A DNA stretch of 63,695 nucleotides, filler included, from Octopus bimaculoides (taxonomy: Eukaryota): the NCBI RefSeq assembly GCF_001194135.2. It is 6 parts of 5 records of this genome, joined end to end, with 100 filler letters (N's around TTAATTAATTAA, not from the genome) between each part and the next. Parts side by side here need not be neighbours in the genome. Positions count along the whole stretch, not along the records: positions 1 to 22,946 come from NC_068989.1; 5 more parts are not named here. One strand, written 5' to 3'. Made by a program: the position numbers and the translations under genes. The notes below the pieces were generated by a model. The model was not told the origin of the DNA. It saw only the letters and a program-made list of their open reading frames with translations, and searched no databases. Below, piece after piece: positions 1 through 10,224 of the stretch; position 1 is the stretch's first letter; each line of letters opens with the position of its first letter.

Positions 1-626
1 ATAAATATAAACGAATAATTATATTCTTGGGAATAGAAATTTCCCTTATGAATTTTTTTACACACTGGCTTCTTGATAAAATTCTTGTAAAAGAGTTTTA
101 TCCCTTTTTGAATTTATTTATCAAATATATATATATATATATATATATATTCTTTTATTCTTTTACTTGTTTCAGTCATTTGACTGCGGCCATGCTGGAG
201 CACTGCCTTGAAGGGTTTTGGATAAAGAAATCGATCACAAGACTTATTCAATGTAAGCCTAGTACTTATTTTATCGGGGGAAATAAACACACCAGCATTG
301 GTTGTCAAGTGATGGCGCGGGGATGGGGGAGGAGGAGAAATACAGACACACACACANNNNNNNNNNCACACACACATGCATATGTGTGTGTATATGCTCT
401 GCAAGCATGTGTGTGTGTCTGTGTTTGCATTTAAGTGTGCTCAAATACATGCTCCATTGGAAGGCAGATATTAAATGATGATGATGATGATGATAATGAT
501 ACCTCATATATATATACAAGTGTATGCATGAGTATGTGTGCTTGTATACATGTGTGTGCATATATATGGTCTGTAAGTATGTATGTAAGTGTGAAACTGC
601 ATCAGATCAGTGTTTTCAAAACTTAC

Positions 627-690
627 CGATTTTTATAATCTTGTTGTCAGCGAGGTTCAGCTCTCTCAAATACTTTAAACTAAACAAGTT
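627..690 (-). CDS. LRRC9: LRRC9-like, coding exon 4 (NLFSLKYLRELNLADNKIIKI-G)
   Basis: Absent from the ORF track. Minus strand reads ...ctctcattttgttctAG|aacttg...aaaatcg|GTAAGT, 64 nt, phase 0 to phase 1. It continues the LRR pattern LxxLxxLxLxxNxI in frame with the previous exon. The next exon lies outside the window. Confidence 0.9.
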
Positions 691-720
691 CTAGAACAAA
701 ATGAGAGAAAATATAATTAA

Positions 721-940
721 CCCTTTTGTTACCATATTTCTGTTGAAATACACTACCTTTGTTTTCAATTAGTTTTTAAAATAATAAAGAATTTAGTGAA
801 ATAACTTAATCTTTATTAAGCTGTTTATTGAGCAGAAATTATTTTGTCAGCTTAATAGAAGGTTTTCATTTAGTTGTCTTAATAAGGAGGAGTGTGCATT
901 TGAAAATCAGAGGTGGTATTTGGTGGTTGCATCAAAAGGG
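721..940. mobile_element. piggyBac-type MITE (220 bp)
   Basis: TTAA at 717-720 and 941-944; ends CCCTTTTG...CAAAAGGG. Confidence 0.8.
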
Positions 941-967
941 TTAACAAAACACTAAAAAAACCAAGAA

Positions 968-1258
968 AGTGCATGTCTCAATAGTTAGTGTGTTGGGCTC
1001 ACAATCATAAGGTAGTGAGTTCGATTCCTGGACCAGGCTCTTTATTTCACTTTGCTCCAGTTCACTGAACTGTAGAAGTGAGTTGCAACATCACTGGTGC
1101 CAAGCTGCATCATCTTTTTGTCTTTCCCTTGGATAACATCAGTGGCCTGGAGAGGAGATATGCATGGGCGACTGCTGGTCTTCCATAAATAACCTTGAAC
1201 TTGGAGGGGAACATTTCAGGTGCAATCCTGTGGTCATTCATGACTGAAGGGTTTCTTT
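968..1258 (+). mobile_element. tRNA-derived SINE (family B-type head, distinct 3' body)
   Basis: Degenerate A box and B box (gagttcgattcc). The head and the tttatttcac-ttgctccagtt segment are shared with copies at 36909 and 41170-41298. Confidence 0.7.
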
Positions 1259-1365
1259 AATAAAACCAAATAAAGAACCAACAAAATATGGAAGGAGATG
1301 GATTGCAATGATGAGTATTCTGGATACTTGATCAATTCAACTGTTTATTTATTGCATTATATAGT

Positions 1366-2035
1366 AAGGATGGTGAGCTAGCAGAATTGTAAGCATGCCG
1401 GGCAAAATGCTTAGCAGTATTTTGTCTGCCTTTACGTTCTGAGTTCAAATTCCACCAAGGTCGACTTTGCCTTTCATACTTTCAAGGTCAATAAATTAAG
1501 TACCAGATGCATACTGGGTTGATCTAATAGACTGGCCCCATCCCATCAAATTTCAGGTCTTGTGCTTAGAGTAGAAAAGATTACATAGTAAGTGGAAGGT
1601 AGCAAACTAGAAGGATTATTAGCACACTGGAAAAAATGCTTAGCAATATTTCTTTTGTCTCTTATACTCTGAGTTCAAATTTCAACAAGGTTGACTTTGC
1701 CTTTCATCCTTTTGGGGTTAATGAAATAAGTACTAGTCAAGTACAGGAGGGAATGTAGTTGACTAGTCCTGCCCCCACCAGATTTCAGGCCTTGTGTCTG
1801 TAACAGAAATGATTATATAGTAAGTGTGGCAAGCTGGCAAAATCCTTAGCGCATTGGTAAAAATGCTTAGCAGCATTTCTTCTAGCACTTTACATTCTGA
1901 GTTCAAATTCTACTGAGACTGACTTTTCTTTCATACTTTCAGGGTCAATAAAATAAGTGGCAGTTGAGCACTGGGGGAGGGGCAGTGTAATTGATTAGCC
2001 CTTCTCAGCCTTGTGTCAAAATTTGAAACCATTAT
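1366..2035 (+). mobile_element. Three head-to-tail copies of SINE family A (AAGGCGGCGAGCTGGCAGAATCGTTAGC... type)
   Basis: Three ~220-bp units, each with ctgagttcaaat (B box), gactttgcctttcat, ataaaataagtaccag and gccttgtg. Confidence 0.9.
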
Positions 2036-2239
2036 ATGGTAAGTGGCTGAATATTCCACTTGTATCTACCCTTAAATCCTATGTCTCTTCAAGCAGAATC
2101 AGTGTAACACTGGGTGTAACAAATCTGGCCCTTGAATTACAAGTTTAGTTACCCTACTTCCTACCTTTCTCTCAATATGTTGGGTTGTCATGAATTTGTT
2201 TGTCTTTTTTCCATTTACTTTAGTCCTTACATGTCATCA

Positions 2240-2930
2240 ACAATTTTAGCAAATCAGTCAATAATGTATCCCCCTTCACTGCTCCCAACTTCTTGCCAAT
2301 ATTCCACTAGCTAGACAATGCCTTGATGGGAGAAATCATTGAGTTTTGACTCAAAGACTTCCTCAAGCCACGTTTTCAGCTCCATATTGTTGAACAAAAC
2401 ATCTTGCAAACTGTTGGAGAGTGACTGAAAAAGGTGACAATCTGAAAGCACTATAATAAAAGAATACAGTGGGTATGGTAGAACTTCCCAACCAAGCTCT
2501 TGAATAGCATTTTTGGAGAAATTAGCAATGTTGAGATGAGTGCTGCTGTGTTGAAGAAGCATGCTGTGTCACCTGTTGAGTAGTTTCTGCTGGGTTGTCT
2601 AGTTGAGTTGGTGCATTTACTGAATGTTATGTATTGAATATGTGCTTGTTTTCAAGCATTTTGCAGTGGATTAGTCCTTCCCAATTCCAACAAGTGCAGA
2701 TCATTGTCTGGTATGGATGCAACTTTGGCTTGGTTTGAAGTATTGCATGCTTATCAGAACTCAACCGTTCTTTCCTCTGCTTCATACTGATGTAGAGGTG
2801 CCATTTTTCATTACTGGAGATGATGTAGTAAAGAAATCTCTGTTTGTGTCCATAAGTAGCCTGGTGTTGAGCAAACAAACTAGAGTGCTGGAGTTTGTCT
2901 CTTTCATTCAGAGTGTGTGGCACCCATGCA
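2240..2930 (-). mobile_element. Degraded mariner transposase
   Basis: Frameshifted remnants PHTL (WVPHEL), IISSNEKW (IVTGDEKW), CWNWEGLIH and WEVLPYPLYS...SDCHLF (YSPDLAPSDYHLF). Confidence 0.85.
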
Positions 2931-3681
2931 ATGAGGTTTTATCTCACTCATCAAGTGAAGGTGATGGTGTCATGACAGTATCCCATCTGCTAGACCTATT
3001 TCCTAGTGGATTGGCACAGATCCTCACCAACGCACACATACATATAACCAGAAAAAACAATTAAGAGAAAGATAAAACAAGGGAGACTCTAAATGGTGGT
3101 TTGACCTGTTAGAATTAGCAGCAAAATCTCACTCAAATACCACTCTACCATTTTAAAAGAAGAACACTGGATAATGTAGTCCCAAACACAGAAAGTCTAA
3201 AAATAAGTAAAGGAGGGATGGTCATGACTGGAAATCTCTTGATCATATTTTTACCAGATCATAGTGATCTGTGTTCAAAGAACAGCAACATCAATAACAC
3301 CCAAGTAGAACACCAGTATCACATTACAAAAAAAAAAAGACACTGTTTAACATCCTTTTTATACACTTGCATAGTTGGGTTAAGTTTTATAGTTAGATAC
3401 CCTTCTTACCACTTAGAACTCACGTAGCAACATGAAACAACAGCAGAATCATTTTTGCTTCACAATTTTTGACAAAGAAAGGTAATCAATGTTATGTATT
3501 CTGAACAAAGGCTGGAGTTAGGTTTGAACTTATATCTACGCCTATGTGTCTGTACTTCATCAGTACCTTAACAACTTCACAACTTTTGTACTTTAGAAAA
3601 ATAACAAAGTCCTTAGTGGGATTTGAACTCAATACGCATGGCAAGTAGAATGAATCAATAGAATGAACCACCATAACTTAC

Positions 3682-3822
3682 TTCGATAATACTGATGCAG
3701 TTATTGTTAAGCCAAAGAACTTGAAGTTTCTTCAACTTCTCCAAATGTTCAATCTTTTTTATCTGGTTGTTGTACAAGTAGAGCTTTGTCAATAAGCAAC
3801 ATTTATCTAGGTTGGAGATTTT
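3682..3822 (-). CDS. LRRC9: LRRC9-like, coding exon 3 (KISNLDKCCLLTKLYLYNNQIKKIEHLEKLKKLQVLWLNNNCISIIE)
   Basis: ccttacAG acceptor and GTAAGT donor, 141 nt, phase 0-0. Two SDS22-like LRRs match the remembered vertebrate LRRC9 segment [29 protein letters not shown]. Confidence 0.93.
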
Positions 3823-4690
3823 CTGTAAGGAGAAAAAACAACAACAACAGTAACAATAACGAAACATTTTAAGATATTCAAGTATTGAGAAATTGCTTAT
3901 TTGCTTTGGAAAGCTTGATGATAAGATGATTAGACAAAGATGTCGTCATGAAGAAAAAGCTTAAATTTGAAACCGTGTTAGCTCAGTAACAAGAAATAGG
4001 CCACAGTATATCAGGTAATCTTGAGTTGATTGTTAGCTAATAGTATTTCAGCTACAATTGTTCAATTGTATGTGAATGGAAATTTCCATGAGTTTCTCAC
4101 CAGAACATGGCTATAAATTGAGATGCCTGCCATGATCAGGCAGAGGCAACAAAGGCATGTTGACCCCTGGTTAAAAGAAATTGTTTGTCTACAATGAACA
4201 TGGAATTTTCCTGAGTCTCACAACATTAAGATATAGTTACAGTTTTTGCAAGCATGCAGTTGTATCTCTAATGATAGATATTTACCTAGACTTCTGGCAT
4301 CGTAAACTCTTGACAAAAACCTCTGTATATTTTTTATGTAAATAAATGATTTCATCAAAAATATTGAACAGGCTTGATTTTATTATGGGTAACAGCATGG
4401 AACCAAGATCAGTCCTACAAGTTATTCTATACCTGTTTAATCAAGCTTCTACAACTTTGAAATACAGGTACGACTCATTGTTGCCAGCAACATGAAATAA
4501 AGTGTCTTGGTCAAGGACATAATATGTCACTGGGAATTGAACTCACTATCTTGCAATTATGAGCTGACTACCCTAACCACTAAGCCATACACCTTCACTA
4601 CCAATGTAATACATCATTTGTAACAACTTCTCTAATGAACAGTCATTTACTCCTTTACTCCCTCTCTTTTCCCCTCTTTGTCCTCTTCTG

Positions 4691-5353
4691 TCATCATCAT
4701 CATTGTTTAACGTCCATCTTCCATGCATACATGGGTAGGACAGTTGACAGGAGCCAGCCAGGTAGAAAAACTACCCTAGGCTACTATCAGTTTTGGCAGG
4801 GATTTTATGGCTGGATGTCCTTCTTAACACCAACCACTCCACAGATTGAACTCAGTGCTTTTTATGTGGTACTAGCACAGGCGAGGTTAGTTTTGGCATG
4901 ATTTTTACAGCTAGATGCCCTTCCAAATGCCAACCACGTTATAGTGTGGACTGGATGCTTTTAATGTGGCACCAGCACTGGCATGGTAACTAAGTAACTT
5001 GTAAGACAAGGAATTATGAGAAGGGTAGGGGCATTTGAGGAGGGGGAACTTGCTTGTGTCAGGGGATGAAAGGTTAGCGCATGACAAAGAGATAGAAGCA
5101 GGTGTCTTGTCATAACAGAGGGAGCATTAGAGGAGGTGATCCAGTGTCAAATGATGAAAGGTTAGAGTGTAACAGAGAAATAGAGAAGCAGAAATAGGTG
5201 AGAGAGACAGAGAAAGAGATGATTATTTATTTAATGTGACACCAGCACTGGCATGGTAACCAAGTAACTTGTAAAACAAGGAATTATGAGATGGGTAGGG
5301 GCATTTGAGGAGGGAGAACTTGCTTGTGTCAGGGGATGAAAGGTTAGAGCATG
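4691..5353 (-). repeat. Interspersed repeat family F (GGATGCCCTTCC...GCCAACCAC core, (GAT)n tail), with an internal ~122-bp direct duplication (4961-5083 and 5231-5353)
   Basis: A homologous copy lies in the opposite orientation at 5530-6110. The duplicated segment is read directly from the sequence. Confidence 0.7.
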
Positions 5354-5529
5354 TTTAAGTGCATCTGTGTATGTACACGTATAGTATTCCTTTACTCTCT
5401 TTCAGCCACCAAGCCCAGTATGTGTACTTATGCAGCACCTTTTATGTTTACTCTTTCTGTATTTCATGTTCACTCTCCCATTCTTTCAAAAAGATGTAAA
5501 GCATGACTGGAGAAATCAATCAATAAAAG

Positions 5530-6110
5530 CATCCGTGCCATGTGTGAGGCACCTGTGCCAGTGACATGTGAGAGGCACCCATGCTGGTGACACATAAAAG
5601 GCACCTGTGCTGATGACATGTAAAAGGCACCTGTGCTGATGACATGTAAAAGGCACCTGGTACACTCTGTGGAGTGGTTGGCGCTAGGAAGCACATCCAG
5701 CCATAGAAACCAAGCCAAAACTGACTGGAGCCTGTTGCAGCTCTCTGGCTTACAATCTCTGGTTAAATCATCTAACCCAGTGCTTCTCAAACTATCTGAT
5801 GTGGCATACTGGCAGTTTTCTTTTTCCAATGTTCCAGGGAACAGTAATATTTCTTAGTAATATTAATTTATACCAGAAGCAATATATATAATAAATTTAA
5901 TAAAAGTTGACATTTTTTTTATTGCATATTTATTTTGTAAACAAATAACAATATTACATAAACGTTTTAGAAGTATTTTATAATGTTTCTTTTCTGGAAA
6001 CTTGCCGCATATCGGCACCAGTCTGCGGACCCCCACTTTAAGCAGCACTGATGTAACCCATACCAGCATGGAAAATGGACGTTAAATGATTCTGCTGCTG
6101 CTGATGATGA
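5530..6110 (+). repeat. Family F repeat, plus copy, with ~4.5 units of a 26-bp tandem repeat (AGGCACCTGTGCTGATGACATGTAAA) at ~5549-5660
   Basis: Ends ...catggaaaatggacgttaaatga(tgc/tga)n, the reverse complement of the start of the 4691 copy. Confidence 0.7.
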
Positions 6111-6231
6111 TTTTACAGAGATTTCTGCACCCATTGTTACTGTTCCTTTATAGTGAAAGTAGTGAAAACACATTACAGAGCAAGAACTTTTTTTTAACAG
6201 AGTCAGAGTGGTTAAAAGAGATGGCACTTAC

Positions 6232-6450
6232 TTTTAATCCACACTGACACAACCAAAGCTCTTGCAGGTTGGGCAGTTGACGTAGTCCATGTGTGCACTC
6301 AATGCATTGCTGTACGATGACCAGTCGTTGAAGGTTTGGGAAATGCTGGAACCCTTGAATGTTTGTCAAGCCTGAGAAAAACATCTCCAGCTCTTGTACA
6401 TATTTTCCTTCTTCCCTGACATGTGCATATGACAACCCATTGGCAGTACA
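6232..6450 (-). CDS. LRRC9: LRRC9-like, coding exon 2 (CTANGLSYAHVREEGKYVQELEMFFSGLTNIQGFQHFPNL...LWLCQCGLK)
   Basis: tctttttcAG acceptor and GTAAGT donor, 219 nt, phase 0-0. The C-x-x-NGLSY and LEMFF-x-G motifs are characteristic of the LRRC9 N-terminus, recalled from the vertebrate protein. Confidence 0.93.
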
Positions 6451-6546
6451 CTGAAAAAGACATACATATGTGGGAAGTATAGAGAGATAGAAAAACGTAT
6501 AAAGAGAGAGAGAGAGAGAGAGGAGAAAACTGTTAAACGTATTTAA

Positions 6547-6765
6547 CCCTTTAGCATTCAAACTGGTAATATCCAGCTACAATATTCACTCTCCTTATGC
6601 CCAAACCAGTCAGCTCTGGTCTCTCACACCTATCCTGCAATGTCATTCTAAAAATAAACAATCACATCATTGAAATCTTGAAGCAACAAGATAATGCGTG
6701 ATTAATTCGAAACAGTTTGAATGAATAAGCATCATATTTGACATAATAGTCTGAATGTTAATGGG
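6547..6765. mobile_element. piggyBac-type MITE (219 bp), second family
   Basis: TTAA at 6543-6546 and 6766-6769; TIRs CCCTTTAGCATTCAAAC / GTCTGAATGTTAATGGG match at 14 of 17 positions. Confidence 0.82.
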
Positions 6766-7033
6766 TTAATACGTTTTAAAATTCACATGCACACACATAC
6801 AGGCTTTAATTTATATATTGGGTGGGATGAAGTGGGATGCGAACAAAATATTTGATTTGTCATTATTGTTCTTTTAATGTTCATTTTTTCCATTACTTGC
6901 TTGGAAGAAAGAAGTGGGCATAGTGCATGAGGAGAGTGAGAGATGTATGGTGGAGGAGGAGAGATAATTTGTTGGCTCAGTGGGGGCTGGTGGGAGCCAC
7001 ATAGTGATGGAATGATAAGGCTGATAAACAATA

Positions 7034-7072
<39 letters not shown>

Positions 7073-7300
7073 CTGGCTTATTCCCATTTGTTTTTCTGTA
7101 GGAGGGGGTAGCCACAAGACACATCAGGCATTCCTGCATGGCATAAGAGGCGACTAAAAGGGGCAGGAGTGAGGGGACTGGGAATCTGCTCCTCCTAGTA
7201 AATCAATTTTCCTAAAAAGACAGCAAGGAAAATATAAATATATGTACATTTAATCTCATATATGAAATCATTCTTAACTAACCACATATATATGCACACA

Positions 7301-7551
7301 CAGGGCTGATTTTAAGCCAATTAGACAGATCTGTTCAAACTGGGTACCGTGCCAAGAGAGGGCCCTGTGTCAAGAGAGGGCTTCACGCACAAGCTTGGAG
7401 GATGCTGTGATGAATTTTTAGTCTATCTCAACGCTTTTTGGCTGAGACTGGTGTACAACATGAAGCATAAAACAGCAATCTTCAGCTTTTGTAGAGTAAA
7501 GGGCCCCACTGACAATTCTCTAATTGGGTCCCACTTCCTAGTGCTGGCCCT
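7301..7551. mobile_element. ~250-bp dispersed non-autonomous element with short CAGGGC...GGCCCT ends; second copy at ~62063-62330
   Basis: Both copies share ttttaagccaattagaca, tgatgaatttttagt and gacaattctctaattgggtccc. Confidence 0.6.
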
Positions 7552-7618
7552 TCACACACATACACACAAATAACAGAAACAGGTAACACAAAAATTCCAA
7601 TAGGCAATACTGTCTTAC

Positions 7619-7663
7619 CACTTCCTCAAGTTGATGTTCCTCTTTGTAATTCTTCGCGTCCAT
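7619..7663 (-). CDS. LRRC9: LRRC9-like, first coding segment (MDAKNYKEEHQLEEV); the exon spans 7619-7718 including 5' UTR
   Basis: ATG at 7663 in acaATGg context, donor GTG|GTAAGA in phase 0 matching exon 2, and upstream acceptor ttttctcttgtAG at 7719-7720. A non-coding first exon must therefore lie further right. Confidence 0.8.
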
Positions 7664-9356
7664 TGTCGTTCGTCTGATAGTATGAAACTATCGGATGTAT
7701 TCTGTTACCATTGGAACTCTACAAGAGAAAAGATAAGAATGGTAGAGAAGAGAACTAAATATGTTTTGGTATTTAATCACAATGTGTATTTAAAATATTC
7801 TGAATGAAACTCTTCTCAAAGTCGATTCCTATTTTCACCTTTCCTTAAGTATAATTGTTGTAATTGTTTAGCCTAAGTTAACAATGTTTGAGGAGATCTA
7901 TGATCAAAAATACTCCTGCTGTGGCCATTTTTATATTTATTTCAATTACAGTGCATTTAGAACTACATCATCCAAAGTCTCCAGTCTTATTTGTAAAATG
8001 GCACACTGTAATTTGAGGGAAATGTGGCTGTTAATTCCAACAAGTTAAGCAACCACACCAAAGCTCCTCTTATCATCGAAGAAGTAAAAGCCCCTAACGC
8101 AGTCAATTGAACTGCTGAATCAATCAGTGGTCTTCCAGCATACATAATAAATTCATTGAATGTTAGATGGAATACTTGTGGTATTTGTTTTGATTCTCTA
8201 CACCCCGAGTTTAAATCCTGCCAAGGAGAGCTTTGCCTCTATATGGTCTTTAGAAGTATCAAAAATAGCAAGTAATTAAGTTAGGAAAAGACACACTGGC
8301 GATGGTCGTGACTTTTGATTCTCGGTTTGCTTGATCAGAAATGACCAGGGCCTAAACAACAACAACAACAACAACAACGACTATAATAATCATAATGCTA
8401 TCTCACATAGGTACAGGACCATATATTTTTTTGGCGGAGGGACAAAGTCGATGAAATCGCTGCAGTAATCAATCTCAGCAATGTAGAAAACAAAGTAGAT
8501 TTAGGTGAGCTTTCAACTGTGAATGTAAAGGGACACAACTGAGATTTCGACTTTGAATGTAAAGGGACACAACATTTTGTACAATTTTCTCCACAAATGT
8601 CAAATATAAATAACTTCCTGAGCCAACAAGGGAGTTACTATATGGTCGCTAGACCTACTTGAAATAGCAGTAAAATACCTTTCAATCACATTTCACCGTT
8701 TTATAAAGAGACATGTTAAATAATGAGGTTCTGGGTTCATGGTACATATGGCGGCAGTTGAGGTAAATAATACCTTGTATCACAAGTTTTTTTTTTAAAA
8801 ACAACAACAACAACAATATATCTCCACCACTACCAACTTTTAGCAAAGGTATAAAGCTATATATTTGGTAAAGAAGAACCATGATTAATTTAATCGACTA
8901 GTACTTTATGTTACCAACTCCTGAAGTACGAAGGGCAAAGATGAGCCTAACTGCCTTCTAATGCTTTATACTAACAACAACAATAAACAATAAAAGTATT
9001 TCTTACGTAGCATGGTGTCGTTTGATTTGAAACAGATATATATATATGTATATATATATATAGAGAGAGGACAGTAGTAGAAAATAGTTATGGTGTGATG
9101 TTCATTGTATTAGTTTTAAAAGCGTTAGGTCTATAAGCCATATGTCGCTACATAACAGCGAGCTGAATTGAAGTAGGATTTATAAAAGTAGGGAAATAGG
9201 ATGTTGCAACGTTCCTGCCTCGCCCAGAACTATTATTACTACTAATACTATTAGCTGTGATAAACAAACAGATTTTCTTATAGTTTTCCGACAAGTGTTA
9301 AGGGAATATATATTTGAATTAGTTCCAGCCATGAGTAACTGAAATCGCTGCTTTTG

Positions 9357-9418
9357 ATTGGATAATTAGTAGTCATAGCAACAAGCCAAAACATATGCCA
9401 ATAGTTGTCCTTAACAAC
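9357..9418. promoter_or_regulatory. Putative bidirectional promoter core: two RFX X-boxes plus two CCAAT boxes
   Basis: GTAGTCATAGCAAC (9369-9382) fits GTHNYYATRRNAAC exactly. GTTGTCCTTAACAAC (9404-9418) fits with a 3-nt spacer. ATTGG at 9357-9361 and CCAAT at 9398-9402 face opposite directions. The cluster lies between the divergent LRRC9-like and TBCA-like genes. Confidence 0.65.
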
Positions 9419-9888
9419 GTTGAAGAGAGAGACAGAGAGATATATATAAAGAGGAATGGATAGATAGAAAGTAAGAGATGAAAGAGAATGTATGTCAGAG
9501 GGAGGGAGAGAGAGAGAAAGCCAAAAAGACTTAATGGACGGACATACTAACTTGGAAAGAAAAGCTGCCGCATCACCGAACTAGTTTTAATTTTTCAAAA
9601 AAAGTTTAAAACCAGGCTGTTAGTAAGCTTTCCTTTCGACTATAAAATATTTAAAATATTTTATTTATACATTTGTTTAAAAGGCCAGAAAGAGATCCTA
9701 ATTTACCAAAAAAACTTGAAAACAAAACAAAAAAAGAGTAAAGCGCTTTAATATTATAAAAGCGAAAGTAAAAATATACCTAAAGCAAAAAATAAGAACA
9801 ACAGAAAAATAACTTTAAAATTTTACAGTAGAAACAAAGGGAATAATTGTAAAAGATAAAAAAAAAAGAAAAAAAGAAATACGCCACA

Positions 9889-10224
9889 ATGAACAGTGAT
9901 ATCGTAAAGGAATTAGAGGTTAAAGCCGGTGTTTTACAGCAATTCATCCATGAAAAATCATCCTATGAAGTTGAACTGAAACAAGATATGCAGAGACTTG
10001 ATAAAATGAAAGAAACGAACGAAGATGAACGAGACATTGCCGAACAAGAAGACATGATGCGTGAGGCAAAAAATATGATATTCGAAACTATGCGAAGATT
10101 GGAGGTGGCTTACGATGATTTGAAAACCTTCCATGATAAAGTTCAACAAGAACTCAGTGAAATTCCGTCCTTTTTGGCTGCTCAAGAAGTTCTCTTGTCT
10201 GCCCAAAACATTTTAAATCATTAA
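9889..10224 (+). CDS. TBCA: Tubulin-specific chaperone A (cofactor A)-like protein, intronless and divergent, 111 aa
   Basis: Intact ORF, colinear without gaps with remembered human TBCA over the first ~78 aa (K-x-GV, EK-x-x-YE-x-E-x-KQ, KM, DI-x-x-Q, E-x-x-x-MI, RRLE-x-AY-x-DL). Roughly 30% identity by eye. Confidence 0.85.
   Translation: MNSDIVKELEVKAGVLQQFIHEKSSYEVELKQDMQRLDKMKETNEDERDIAEQEDMMREAKNMIFETMRRLEVAYDDLKTFHDKVQQELSEIPSFLAAQEVLLSAQNILNH

Noticed and set aside
1357-2046. Repeat-spacer alternation resembling a CRISPR array
   Set aside because: Eukaryotic context, the intervening units are ~220-bp homologous SINEs, and there are no cas genes; reported instead as serial SINE insertion.
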